Assembly (NCBI GenBank): GCA_002753615.1
Contig: PEAO01000002.1
Location: forward strand, 30,261 to 94,260
Length of the DNA stretch: 64,000 bases
Reading direction: 5' to 3'
Origin: Magnetococcales bacterium DCbin2
GTDB taxonomy: Bacteria > Pseudomonadota > Magnetococcia > Magnetococcales > UBA8363
In this document: positions 39,540-49,093 of the stretch, piece by piece
Position numbering within the stretch: position 1 is the first letter of the stretch
Layout of the letters: every line of letters begins with the position of its first letter
The notes under the pieces: model-generated
What the model was told of the DNA's origin: nothing
The model's input: only the letters and a program-made list of their open reading frames with translations
Databases searched by the model: none
Position numbers and translations under genes: made by a program

Positions 39540-41565
39540 AAATACCTCATTAGATTGGGGACAGTTGGAAAAGGAAATATGCACGTTTGAATTGGACGCT
39601 GGTCCCGTACACGACATGGTAGAGGAGAAGAATGACGTGGCCGCAGGGATGTCTGCTGAAAAAATATATGCCAAGGCATTTTTCGATGGATTGCGACCAG
39701 ACCCGACGACCACGGTCAGTGATTGGGCTGATCGGCATCGGATTCTGACGACCACATCTTCGAGCGCACCCGGCCCTTGGCGTACCAGTCGGACTCCTTA
39801 TCTGAAAGAGGTCATGGATTGCCTTTCCCCATCGTCTCCGGTGGAGACAGTGGTATTGATGAAAGGTGCGCAAACAGGTGGATCTGAGGCGGGGAACAAC
39901 TGGATTGGATTTACCATCCATTTGACCCCTGGACCAATCCTCATGGTTCAGCCGACCACAAATGCAGGGGAGGCATATTCCAAGCAGCGAATCGATAAAA
40001 TGATAGAGGCATCCGAAGTCTTGCGAGATCGGGTGCATCCTCCTCGATCCAGAGACAGCGGAAACACCCTGCTTTTGAAGGATTTTCCTGGAGGATTTTT
40101 AAAGATCACAGGTGCGGAGTCAGCCACAGGGTTGCGGTCCACGCCAATTCGGTTCCTGTTTTTGGATGAGGTTGATAACTATACCCATGATGCGGATGGC
40201 GAGGGCGATCCTGTTGATCTGGCGATTGAGCGTACCGCCAATTTTCCGAACCGGAAAATTTTCATGGTTTCGACTCCGCTTATCAAAGGTTTTTCGAGGA
40301 TTGAAAAAGCCTACGAAGAAAGCGACCAGCGTCGATATGATGTCCCATGCCCACATTGCTTGGTGAAACAACCTCTCCTCTGGAAACAAATAAAATTCCT
40401 GAAAGGTAAAAGGGATCAGGCTTGGTATGAGTGTTTGCAATGTGGCGAAGTCATCCCAGAACACAAGAAAATGTGGATGCTGGCCAATGGGGAGTGGTTT
40501 GCCCAAAACCCAGGCAATGGATTGATCGCCGGTTTTCATCTTTCCAGCCTCTACTCCCCATGGACATCGTGGGCGAAAATCGCGGTTGAACATGGCAAAG
40601 TTTATAAGGATCCGGCCCGCCTTAAAGTGTGGGTCAACACCAAACTAGGCGAGACTTGGGAGGAATCCTTCGAGAAACTGGACAGCGAAGGGTTTATGGC
40701 GCGACGGGAGGATTTTGGAATACTTCTGCCACCAGGCGTCGTTTTCTTGACCATGGGTGTGGACGTTCAACGAGACCGACTGGAATTGGAAATTGTGGGA
40801 TGGGGCAGAGACGAAGAATCCTGGTCAATCAAATATATCGTCATCCCTGGCGACCCGACCGGGCGAGCAGTGTGGGAGGATCTGGATCGCGTTATCCACA
40901 TGACATTTCCGCATTCCCGGCAGGTCGATGATCTCCCCATTTTTGCTACGGCAATCGACACCGGCGGTTCTAATACCCAACAGGCATATCAGTTCTGCCA
41001 AGGCAAAATTGAAGAACGGGTTTGGGGCATTAAGGGCATGGGCGGAATGGGCAGACCAATTTGGCCTCTCCGCGCCAGCCGCAACACCACCCGTGGGGTT
41101 CCGATTTTCATCATCGGTGTGGATGCAGCTAAAGAATCGATCTACGCAAGGCTTCGCATCAGTGAACCTGGCCAAGGGTACTGCCATTTTCCTTTAGATA
41201 GTGATGCAGAATATTTTCGCCAGTTGACCGTGGAAAGGGTGGCCACGACTTACAGGAAAGGTCGCCCGGTCAGGACGTGGGTTAAACCAGATCGCGCACG
41301 CAACGAAGCACTGGACTGTCGAGTTTATGCCATGGCAGCGGCCCATGGTGTTTATGCCAGAGGATTCAACTTGGGGGATGAATCGGATTGGATTGAATCA
41401 TTTCCGTTGAAAGAAGGTGTCGAACAAGAGGATCAAACGCAGGGCAACACAATAACGAATCCAAAAATACCAATGCGCCAAATTGTTCAGGGAAAAGCTG
41501 TAGAAACAAAAAGGTCTAAATGGCTTGGTGGATCTAAGCCAAAATGGTTGGAGCCAAGGCGATGA
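39532..41565 (+). CDS. Terminase large subunit (lambda GpA family)
   Basis: WADRHRILTTTSSSAPGPWRTSRTPYLKEVMDCLSP...VVLMKGAQTGGSEAGNNWIG...FLFLDEVD, together with CPHC...CLQCG, are typical of GpA-type terminases. Confidence 0.9.
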   Translation: MDKNTSLDWGQLEKEICTFELDAGPVHDMVEEKNDVAAGMSAEKIYAKAFFDGLRPDPTTTVSDWADRHRILTTTSSSAPGPWRTSRTPYLKEVMDCLSPSSPVETVVLMKGAQTGGSEAGNNWIGFTIHLTPGPILMVQPTTNAGEAYSKQRIDKMIEASEVLRDRVHPPRSRDSGNTLLLKDFPGGFLKITGAESATGLRSTPIRFLFLDEVDNYTHDADGEGDPVDLAIERTANFPNRKIFMVSTPLIKGFSRIEKAYEESDQRRYDVPCPHCLVKQPLLWKQIKFLKGKRDQAWYECLQCGEVIPEHKKMWMLANGEWFAQNPGNGLIAGFHLSSLYSPWTSWAKIAVEHGKVYKDPARLKVWVNTKLGETWEESFEKLDSEGFMARREDFGILLPPGVVFLTMGVDVQRDRLELEIVGWGRDEESWSIKYIVIPGDPTGRAVWEDLDRVIHMTFPHSRQVDDLPIFATAIDTGGSNTQQAYQFCQGKIEERVWGIKGMGGMGRPIWPLRASRNTTRGVPIFIIGVDAAKESIYARLRISEPGQGYCHFPLDSDAEYFRQLTVERVATTYRKGRPVRTWVKPDRARNEALDCRVYAMAAAHGVYARGFNLGDESDWIESFPLKEGVEQEDQTQGNTITNPKIPMRQIVQGKAVETKRSKWLGGSKPKWLEPRR

Positions 41566-41774
41566 GTTTTACACAAACAGAACTTGATGTACTCAGAAAA
41601 GCCTATGCATCAGGCGCACTTCGGATCGTTCACGAAGGCAAAACGGTTGAATACGGGTCGGAGGCTGACTTGTTGCGAAGAATACGGATGATCGAACAGG
41701 AAATAAGACAGACATCGACGGGTTCTTCATCTTCGATCCAGAATTTCTCATTTGGCAGTTTTCGTCGAGGGTGA
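41562..41774 (+). CDS. gpW-like head-tail joining protein
   Basis: MSFTQTELDVLRKAYASGALRIVHEGKTVEYGSEADLLRRIRMIEQEI. ATGA overlap with the terminase gene. Confidence 0.75.
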   Translation: MSFTQTELDVLRKAYASGALRIVHEGKTVEYGSEADLLRRIRMIEQEIRQTSTGSSSSIQNFSFGSFRRG

Positions 41775-41777
41775 TTT

Positions 41778-43220
41778 ATGAACTTTTTAGAAAAAGTCAT
41801 CTCTGCGATTTCGCCTGAAAGGGGATTAAGGAGGGCGCAAGCGAGGAATGCAACGTCTTTGCTCCTGCGGAGTTATGAAGGCGCGAAAACTGGACGCCGC
41901 ACCGACGGGTGGATTGCCACAGGGTTAGACGCCAATTCCGAGATCGGAAACCAAACAATAATTCTCAGGAATCGCGCCAGGGATCTTGTCAGGAACAATC
42001 CATTTGCAGCAAAGGCAGTCGCCACATATGCGTCGAGTTTGGTTGGGACTGGCATCACGCCGAGGCTCGCCGCCAGTTCGGCAAGGAGCGACGACATCAC
42101 ATCTCTTTGGGATGAGTTCTCTGGCAATTGTGACGCCGATGGCAGGTCCGATTTTAACGGTCTCCAAACATTGATGGCAACATCTATGGTGGAAAGTGGT
42201 GAGTGCCTCCTCCAGATGATTAACATGCCTTCCGACTCCAACATGAAGGTTCCTTTACTTTTGAGGGTGCTGGAGGCTGATCATTTGGATAACAGCCTCG
42301 AAAAATCCTTCGATGATGGAGGCTACATTCAACAAGGGATCGAATTCGACATTTTTGGTAACCGGGTGGCATATCATCTCTATCCGACACATCCTGGGTC
42401 GTCGTCCTTGGCCAGAAGAGCGAGTTTTAAAAGCATTCGGGTTCCTGCGACGGATATCCTCCATATCTATAACCGAACACGGCCTGGGCAACATCGTGGT
42501 GTGACATGGTTCGCACCTGCTCTCCTTCGGATGCAGGACTTGGATGATTACGATGATGCGGAATTACTCCGCAAGAAAATGGAATCCTGTTTCGTCGCGT
42601 TTGTGGTAAATGCTTCACCGACCGATGCACTTGGGATCAAAAAAGGGGATCCATCAGGACCGATGAGGGAACAATTTGAACCAGGCATGATTGAATATCT
42701 ACCTCCTGGGAAAGACATCAGGTTCGGTTCTCCTGCACAAACCTCTGGATATGTCGAATACATGCGTTGGCATTACCACGCTGTTTCGGCGGCATTGGGA
42801 CTGACTTACGAACTTTTGACGGGGGATCTTTCCCAGGTCAACTATTCGTCTTTGCGTGCCGGGCTTATCGAATTTCGGCGTCGGATTGAAGCCACTCAGC
42901 ATCAATTGTTGATCCCACAGCTTTGCAATCCGATTGGAAGGCGGTTTTTCAATGTTGTCCAGGCCAAAGGACTTCTTAAAACAGGCAATTATTCATTCCA
43001 GTGGACGCCTCCCAGGTTTGAGGCGGTTGATCCGCAGCGAGACACAATGGGTGAGATCCTGTTGGTTCGTGCGGGATTGATGACGTTGTCCGAGGCAATC
43101 GCACGCCAAGGTTATGACCCTGAGACGGTTTTGGCCGAAATCGCAAGAACGAACCAACAATTGGACAACCTCAATCTGAAACTCACGACAGATCCTCGAT
43201 ATACCGTCTCTGGACGATAA
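41778..43220 (+). CDS. Portal protein, lambda family
   Basis: LLRSYEGAKTGRRTDGWIATGLDANSEI...LRNRARDLVRNNPFAAKAV...LVGTGITPR. Confidence 0.9.
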   Translation: MNFLEKVISAISPERGLRRAQARNATSLLLRSYEGAKTGRRTDGWIATGLDANSEIGNQTIILRNRARDLVRNNPFAAKAVATYASSLVGTGITPRLAASSARSDDITSLWDEFSGNCDADGRSDFNGLQTLMATSMVESGECLLQMINMPSDSNMKVPLLLRVLEADHLDNSLEKSFDDGGYIQQGIEFDIFGNRVAYHLYPTHPGSSSLARRASFKSIRVPATDILHIYNRTRPGQHRGVTWFAPALLRMQDLDDYDDAELLRKKMESCFVAFVVNASPTDALGIKKGDPSGPMREQFEPGMIEYLPPGKDIRFGSPAQTSGYVEYMRWHYHAVSAALGLTYELLTGDLSQVNYSSLRAGLIEFRRRIEATQHQLLIPQLCNPIGRRFFNVVQAKGLLKTGNYSFQWTPPRFEAVDPQRDTMGEILLVRAGLMTLSEAIARQGYDPETVLAEIARTNQQLDNLNLKLTTDPRYTVSGR

Positions 43221-43242
43221 CCACGCCCCACAGGAGTATCAA

Positions 43243-45279
43243 ATGGCCAAAGTGATTGACCTGCCCATGCAGGTCCGAATGGCGAGTTTTGCCCCCGATA
43301 CGATGAACGCCGAGGCAAGGACCGTGAACGTGGTCTGGTCAACAGGTGCAGCAGTTCGACGAACCGACTGGATGAGAGACAAGGTTTACGACGAAACGCT
43401 CTCGTTAGCACCGGAACACGTCCACCTGGAAGCCCTTAACGCTGGCGCACCGCTTTTAGCGAACCATGATCGGAGTAACTTGGAAAGCATTATTGGTGTT
43501 GTCGAAAGGGCATGGATTGCTAACGGGCCATTGGGTTTTGAGGGCCATGCCACGGTGCGGTTTTCAACTCGTGAAGATGTGAATGCGATCCTCAATGATG
43601 TGAAGGATGGGATCATCCGCAACATCTCGGTCGGTTATACGATTGCCAGGGTTGAAGTAACTGAGGAGCGCGGCAAAATCCCACAGTGGAAGGCGGTGGA
43701 TTGGACGCCGAAAGAAATATCGATTGTCCCGGTCGGTGCCGACATGGGTGCGGGGTTTCGCGCAGTTGATGGACAAACAATTTACCAATGCAGTCTTGAA
43801 AATAGAGGAACAGTCATGAGCAAAACGATAGACGAAGGACAGTTGCCGGGGGATCAGGTTCCAGCAGAATCCAACCGAAGCGAACCCGTAGTGGCCCCAC
43901 CAGTCGCCGACGCGCAAACACGTTCAACGGCCACTGAAATGACAGAGCCAACTTTGACTGTCAGAACTGAACCAGGGAAAATTGATGTCGAAAAGATGAT
44001 CCAGAAGGCTCAATCCGATGAAAGATCACGCACTGCGGCGATCTATGACACTCAGGTCAAGTTGGGGTTAGACCGTGGTTTGGCCGACAAATTGGTGAGT
44101 TCCGGCGCGGCAGTCGATGTTGCCAGGGCTGCATTGATTGACGTTGCGGCACAAAGGTCTGCGGCAACGATGGTCACGCACGGCGTTGTGGCCACTGCTG
44201 GTGGTCAAGATGAAAAAATGACCCGCAATGCCGCCGTGGAAAACGCCCTGCTGCATCGGTTTTCCCCTACCACCCACAAGATTACGGATGCTGGGAGAGA
44301 ATGGTCGGGGATGACCCTTTTGGAAATGTCCAGATCATTTTTGGCTGCTGAAAACGTCAGCTTAAAGGGAATGAGCCGCGATCAGGTCGCCACCAGGGCA
44401 TTGCACACTGGATCTGATTTTCCGATCTTGCTGGCCAACGTCGCACAGAAAACCTTGCGAAGTGCGTATGAAGTCGCGCAGAGGACGTTTCAATCTTTCT
44501 GCCGCCAAGTCACCGCCAGCGATTTTAAGTCCGTATCGCGGGTACAATTGGGTGAAGCCCCTAGCCTTGAGAAGGTCGCGGAAGGTGGGGAATACAAGCG
44601 TGGATCGTTGGGTGAAACTGCGGAATCCTACCGCATTGAAACCTTCGGCAAGATCATTTCCATTTCGCGTCAGGTGATCATCAATGATGACCTCCAAGCT
44701 TTCACCCGAATCCCCCAATTGTTCGGTGCCGCTGCGGCGAATTTGGAAAATGAGATTGTTTGGGGCATCTTCACCGCCAATCCGAAGATGGCCGACAATA
44801 CTGCGTTATTTCATGCCAACCATAAAAACCTCCTGGCAACCGGGACAGGATTGTCCGTTGCGTCGCTTGGAGTGTGTCGGAAAAACATGGGCCTTCAAAC
44901 AGGGATCGACGGCAAAACCATCCTCAACATTCGCCCCTCCTTCTTGATTGTCCCTGCCGCATTGGAAGTGGTAGCAGAACAACTCTTGGCTCAAAATCTG
45001 GCACCAGCGAAACCCGATGACGTGGTTCCGACCTCCATGCGATCCCTATCCGTGATCACCGAGCCACGCCTGGACACGAACAGCACGACAGCATGGTATT
45101 TGGCGGCATCGCCAGCGGCTTTGGACACCATTGAGTATGCGTATCTTGAAGGCCAGCAAGGCGTCTACATCGAGACCAAAGTTGGGTTTGATGTGGATGG
45201 GATTGAAATCAAAGCCCGGTTGGATTTTGGTGCCAAAGCCATTGATTGGCGTGGTTTCCACAAAAACCCCGGCGCATAA
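43243..45279 (+). CDS. Prohead protease (S78/HK97-type) - scaffold linker - major capsid protein fusion
   Basis: The N-terminus reads PLLANHDRSNLESIIGVV...IRNISVGY, with the protease His/Ser context. An Ala/Glu-rich middle follows. The C-terminal ~330 aa are MCP-like (EGGEYKRGSLGETAESYRIETFGKIISISRQVIINDDLQAF...). Confidence 0.8.
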   Translation: MAKVIDLPMQVRMASFAPDTMNAEARTVNVVWSTGAAVRRTDWMRDKVYDETLSLAPEHVHLEALNAGAPLLANHDRSNLESIIGVVERAWIANGPLGFEGHATVRFSTREDVNAILNDVKDGIIRNISVGYTIARVEVTEERGKIPQWKAVDWTPKEISIVPVGADMGAGFRAVDGQTIYQCSLENRGTVMSKTIDEGQLPGDQVPAESNRSEPVVAPPVADAQTRSTATEMTEPTLTVRTEPGKIDVEKMIQKAQSDERSRTAAIYDTQVKLGLDRGLADKLVSSGAAVDVARAALIDVAAQRSAATMVTHGVVATAGGQDEKMTRNAAVENALLHRFSPTTHKITDAGREWSGMTLLEMSRSFLAAENVSLKGMSRDQVATRALHTGSDFPILLANVAQKTLRSAYEVAQRTFQSFCRQVTASDFKSVSRVQLGEAPSLEKVAEGGEYKRGSLGETAESYRIETFGKIISISRQVIINDDLQAFTRIPQLFGAAAANLENEIVWGIFTANPKMADNTALFHANHKNLLATGTGLSVASLGVCRKNMGLQTGIDGKTILNIRPSFLIVPAALEVVAEQLLAQNLAPAKPDDVVPTSMRSLSVITEPRLDTNSTTAWYLAASPAALDTIEYAYLEGQQGVYIETKVGFDVDGIEIKARLDFGAKAIDWRGFHKNPGA

Positions 45280-45324
45280 GTTGTCCACCGCACCGTTTTT
45301 GGTGCCATTTAGAAGGAAACACCA

Positions 45325-45651
45325 ATGAAAAATTGGATTCAATCTGGCGACACAGTGTCTGTTGTCGCCCCTGCTGACGTTGCCAGTGGGAATGGAGTCA
45401 TTGTCGGGTCACTCTTCGGCTTGGCAGTGTCCGATGCCGTCTCTGGTGACGACGTTGAGATTGTTACGGTCGGTGTCGCAGACATCACCAAGGCTGCTGG
45501 GGCCATCACCCAGGGCGCGAAGGTTTATTGGGACAACACCGCAAAAAACGTCACCACCACTGTTGGCACCAACACTTTGATTGGTTGTGCCGTCATGGCC
45601 GCCGCCAATGGTGATGCAACCGTTCGGGTGAGACTGAACGGAGTGGTGTGA
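45325..45651 (+). CDS. DUF2190-family head protein (decoration/cement-like)
   Basis: GNGVIVGSLFGLAVSDAVSGDDVEIVTVGVADITKAAGAITQGAKVYWD...ATVRVRLNG. Confidence 0.8.
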   Translation: MKNWIQSGDTVSVVAPADVASGNGVIVGSLFGLAVSDAVSGDDVEIVTVGVADITKAAGAITQGAKVYWDNTAKNVTTTVGTNTLIGCAVMAAANGDATVRVRLNGVV

Positions 45652-46013
45652 TGAGTCAGTGGAGCAATCTGGTTGGATTGGTTAACCAAAATTGCTTGGC
45701 CACATTCGGGATCCCCGTGGTCTACACCCCATCCATGGAGACCAGGATGGAGTTGAGTGGGACACCTGTCGAACTGGATGGGATCTTCGATGAAAAGCAC
45801 GAAGTTGTTTCTCTCATGGGGGGGGACGGGATGGATGCCATCGTTCCCAGATTGGTGCTGGAGATTCGGTTGTCCGACTTGGGATTCCCACCCATGACTG
45901 GAGACTCTGTGGCGATTTACGGGATCACCTATAACATCCTGGAGGTGCGATCCACAGGGAATGGGGTGGCAGTCATGATTCTCAACAGGCAACAGGATCA
46001 CTTCGGATTCTAA
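45648..46013 (+). CDS. Head-tail connector/adaptor candidate
   Basis: The call rests on position and on the pattern V.Y.P...GIFD...GD.V...G..Y.I. ATGA overlap with the upstream gene. Confidence 0.5.
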   Translation: MMSQWSNLVGLVNQNCLATFGIPVVYTPSMETRMELSGTPVELDGIFDEKHEVVSLMGGDGMDAIVPRLVLEIRLSDLGFPPMTGDSVAIYGITYNILEVRSTGNGVAVMILNRQQDHFGF

Positions 46014-46049
46014 TAGGGTGCGCAAAATGCGCATTCTTTGTCTTTACTG

Positions 46050-46070
46050 ACGCGCCGCAGGGCGCGTTTT
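46050..46070 (+). terminator. Weak stem-loop between head and neck genes
   Basis: ACGCGCC-gcag-GGCGCGT is followed by TTTT only. Confidence 0.3.
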
Positions 46071-46088
46071 CCTATATTGGAGTCATCA

Positions 46089-46463
46089 ATGTCGCACCGA
46101 GACAACATGCATGATTTCAGGTTGTTTTGTGGCGACACTAAAGCTTTTCCATTTGGGTTTGAAAATGCAGATGGTTCATTACTCGACATTACCGGTCATG
46201 AGTTGTGGTTGACCATCAAACGTCTGCCGGATGATCTGGATGCCGATGCGGTATTCCAAAGGAGAATCGTGTTTCAACCGCCCGACTCGGTCAAGGGGGA
46301 AGGGATGTTCGTCCTTGATTCCAACGAGACGGGGATGATTAACCCTGGAGTTTACTTCTACGACTTTCAGTGGGTTGCCATGGGAGATCCCCCCGTGGTG
46401 TTTACCCTCCTGGCCGGACGGATCTACTTTAATCGTGACATCACCCGCCGAAACCGGATGTAA
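46089..46463 (+). CDS. Neck/virion protein, unknown function
   Basis: GGAG RBS before ATG 46089 (track ORF 46038..46463). Confidence 0.5.
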   Translation: MSHRDNMHDFRLFCGDTKAFPFGFENADGSLLDITGHELWLTIKRLPDDLDADAVFQRRIVFQPPDSVKGEGMFVLDSNETGMINPGVYFYDFQWVAMGDPPVVFTLLAGRIYFNRDITRRNRM

Positions 46464-46465
46464 CC

Positions 46466-46909
46466 ATGTCCGAAATAAAGCGCATCCGGGTCACTGTCGG
46501 TCAACAACCCATCCAGGTGACCGTCAAGGAAGAATCCATCAAGGTGACCTCTCCTGTGGGGTTATCTGGTGGTTGGCCTTTTGGTGAAAACCCGAAACGG
46601 GTGGAGGGGATCATTCAAAATGTCCCCACAATCTTGGATCGGCTAGAAATGCCCGGTAATTACAGGGTCGTTAAATGGTTATTGCTACTTGCAGATGACG
46701 CCAACGGCGTGGGTGTTGGCAGCGAGATCAATGCGTTTATTCGGGGCGGTGTCGTTGAATTTACAGAGTATGCCATTCTCGGCGATTACCAAGTCATCAA
46801 CTATGATTTGGACCTCGTCATCGATGGCAATTTTGTGCAGTTGTTGGTCACGTCCCAATACAGCGGGACGTTGGAAGCAAAGACGGTGAAAATCGGTATT
46901 TTTTCGTAG
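46466..46909 (+). CDS. Neck/virion protein, unknown function
   Basis: A co-directional ORF starting 2 nt after the upstream stop. Confidence 0.5.
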   Translation: MSEIKRIRVTVGQQPIQVTVKEESIKVTSPVGLSGGWPFGENPKRVEGIIQNVPTILDRLEMPGNYRVVKWLLLLADDANGVGVGSEINAFIRGGVVEFTEYAILGDYQVINYDLDLVIDGNFVQLLVTSQYSGTLEAKTVKIGIFS

Positions 46910-46938
46910 GTTCACAACATCAAAGGAGTTTCATCATT

Positions 46939-48774
46939 ATGGGGAGTCCCATGCCTTTTCGTATCAATGGTGGTTTGGCTTTTGGCAAAGACACTATCAG
47001 GTTCGACGTTTTGGATACAGCCCCGGCCACTGGCGATGGTAAGTCGGACGCCATGGGTCTCGGCTCCATTGTCATTGCCCGTGACAGTGGAAAGATGTAC
47101 CGCAAAACCACCCTGGGTGCTGGTTTTGACAAATGGTCCGTAATGGCAGATGCCACTGACAAGGTGGGTGCTGTTCATTGGAAACACCCGGTCCGGGTTG
47201 TGGATACGCAAGTCAAAACCCAGGCTCAGTTTGAAACCTTTATGAATCAGTTCGGCATGCTTGGTGGTGAAACTGTCCCTTCAAATATCGGGGATACCGA
47301 TTGGGAATCCACCCAAAAGAATGCGTCCGTACTTTTGCCGAATCTCACTGGCGGCTTCAATAGGGGTCGCTACATCGCAACTGCTGGCTACGCGATGATT
47401 GACATCTCTGATGGCGGTCAGAGCCATTATCTGGTGGCCACCGAGCAAGGATCTGCCGGAAATGACATCACCCTGGCCATGATCAACAATGCCGACAACA
47501 ATCCGACAACCTCGGCCACCTTCATCGGCAACAACATCGTCGTGACCTTGGCCAACGACGGCACGAATCCCATTGGCGACATGCGGGACGTGGTTTCCGC
47601 AATCGAAGCAGTAGATACCACGAACCGGGTGGTCGTTCGCCATGTTTGGCAGATGGAGGCCAATGCTACCCTTGGGGTGACTCCATACGCACTGGCTCAG
47701 ACGAATTTGTCTGGTGGTGGTGCAGGGTCTACCAATGCTGTGAATGCTTCCGGTCTGATTGGGACCGTGGCTGTTGATCAATTCACGTTGTCGGCACAAT
47801 CAGGCGGCTCTGGTTGGAATGCAACGACCGTTGTGTTGACTCACAACTCATTCAATGGTGCGTCCACCACCACGTCTGTCTACAACTTTGCTACCAACAC
47901 CCTTACGGTCAGCTTGAAAAACAACGGTTCGGCCATCACTTCGACCATTCGCAACGTGGCAGATTCTTTTGAGAATCTGGTTCCAGAAGGGCGGGATGAG
48001 CAAGGTCGCATGTTCTATGATCGCATGTTTGGCATCAGCACCGATGGTATTTCTCTCGATGCTGTTATCCAAGCAGAATATTCGGGAACTCCGATGAGTG
48101 GTGGTGTTGATGGTGATTACCACCTGATGCCGGGTTGGGGAATCCACTCGGTGGAAATTGGCTGGCGTCCTGATCAGGGTGACACGTTCTATGTTGAGCG
48201 TGGTCAAGATTGGGGTTCCTTGTGGATCTACAATGACGAGAATCAATTCGTCAAACAGGGTGCTGCTGATGCGACAGAGGCCAATTTCATTTCTGCCTAC
48301 ATTGGCAAGCTTTCGGTCGGCAACTCCATGCCTTCCTACTCCAGCACCAAAGTGGTGACTGGCGGCACCAGTCTGACCGATGCCATCGGCGCATTGGATG
48401 CTCGCCTTGGGGACAATCTGAAAGAGAGCAAATCTGCGGCTGTGACTGCGGCCACCACCGTTGATTCCGTGATCATGGAACAAAATCTGGCCGTGAACTG
48501 GATGGTCCATGTTCGTGAAGTGGCCAATCCTCAAAACATCTACACCGTGAACGTATTTGCATCCCACAATGCCAATACCGGATTGGCTGCGACCCGTGCC
48601 GACTATAACGAGGCAGGGATTTTGCAGTTTGGCAAAAACATTGGTGGTCTGGACATCGGTGTTGATGTTGAAACCTCTGGTGCGCTCAGTGCGCGTCTCA
48701 TGCGTTTGCGGATCGCTTCCACTGATTCCGTTTGTGTTACCGTCCAGAAAAACCCGTTGCGCCGGGTTGTATAA
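46939..48774 (+). CDS. Large virion-associated protein of unknown function (611 aa)
   Basis: AAGGAG RBS. The protein is Asn/Thr/Gly/Ala-rich with internal repeats (NNIVVTLANDGTNPIGDMRDVVSAIE vs NTLTVSLKNNGSAITSTIRNVADSFE). Confidence 0.6.
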   Translation: MGSPMPFRINGGLAFGKDTIRFDVLDTAPATGDGKSDAMGLGSIVIARDSGKMYRKTTLGAGFDKWSVMADATDKVGAVHWKHPVRVVDTQVKTQAQFETFMNQFGMLGGETVPSNIGDTDWESTQKNASVLLPNLTGGFNRGRYIATAGYAMIDISDGGQSHYLVATEQGSAGNDITLAMINNADNNPTTSATFIGNNIVVTLANDGTNPIGDMRDVVSAIEAVDTTNRVVVRHVWQMEANATLGVTPYALAQTNLSGGGAGSTNAVNASGLIGTVAVDQFTLSAQSGGSGWNATTVVLTHNSFNGASTTTSVYNFATNTLTVSLKNNGSAITSTIRNVADSFENLVPEGRDEQGRMFYDRMFGISTDGISLDAVIQAEYSGTPMSGGVDGDYHLMPGWGIHSVEIGWRPDQGDTFYVERGQDWGSLWIYNDENQFVKQGAADATEANFISAYIGKLSVGNSMPSYSSTKVVTGGTSLTDAIGALDARLGDNLKESKSAAVTAATTVDSVIMEQNLAVNWMVHVREVANPQNIYTVNVFASHNANTGLAATRADYNEAGILQFGKNIGGLDIGVDVETSGALSARLMRLRIASTDSVCVTVQKNPLRRVV

Positions 48775-48800
48775 CCCTTTCCGAGTTCTGATGATATTTC

Positions 48801-48836
48801 ATACGGGGGCTGTAATAGCCCCCCGTATTCTTTCTT
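48801..48836 (+). terminator. Intrinsic terminator after the 611-aa gene
   Basis: ATACGGGGGCT-gtaat-AGCCCCCCGTAT (one bulge) is followed by TCTTTCTT. Confidence 0.65.
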
Positions 48837-49093
48837 GGAATTAAAATGTTGGCAGATCAATCCAAAGAACCAGCCAGCGCGTTCTTCCCGCAACGTTTCC
48901 TCTGAAACTTCGAGAATAAACATGAATAAAGCATCATCGCATGACGTGGCCAGGATTATGATTGCCATGTATCGGAAACAGCACCGGAAAGGAGCCATCT
49001 ACCGCCATGGCAAACTGTTCTTTTGCGAAGGGGCGGGTCTGTTCCAAACGATCAGGTTATTCCTTGGCGCACTGATGCTGCCCAGAGATGCCG

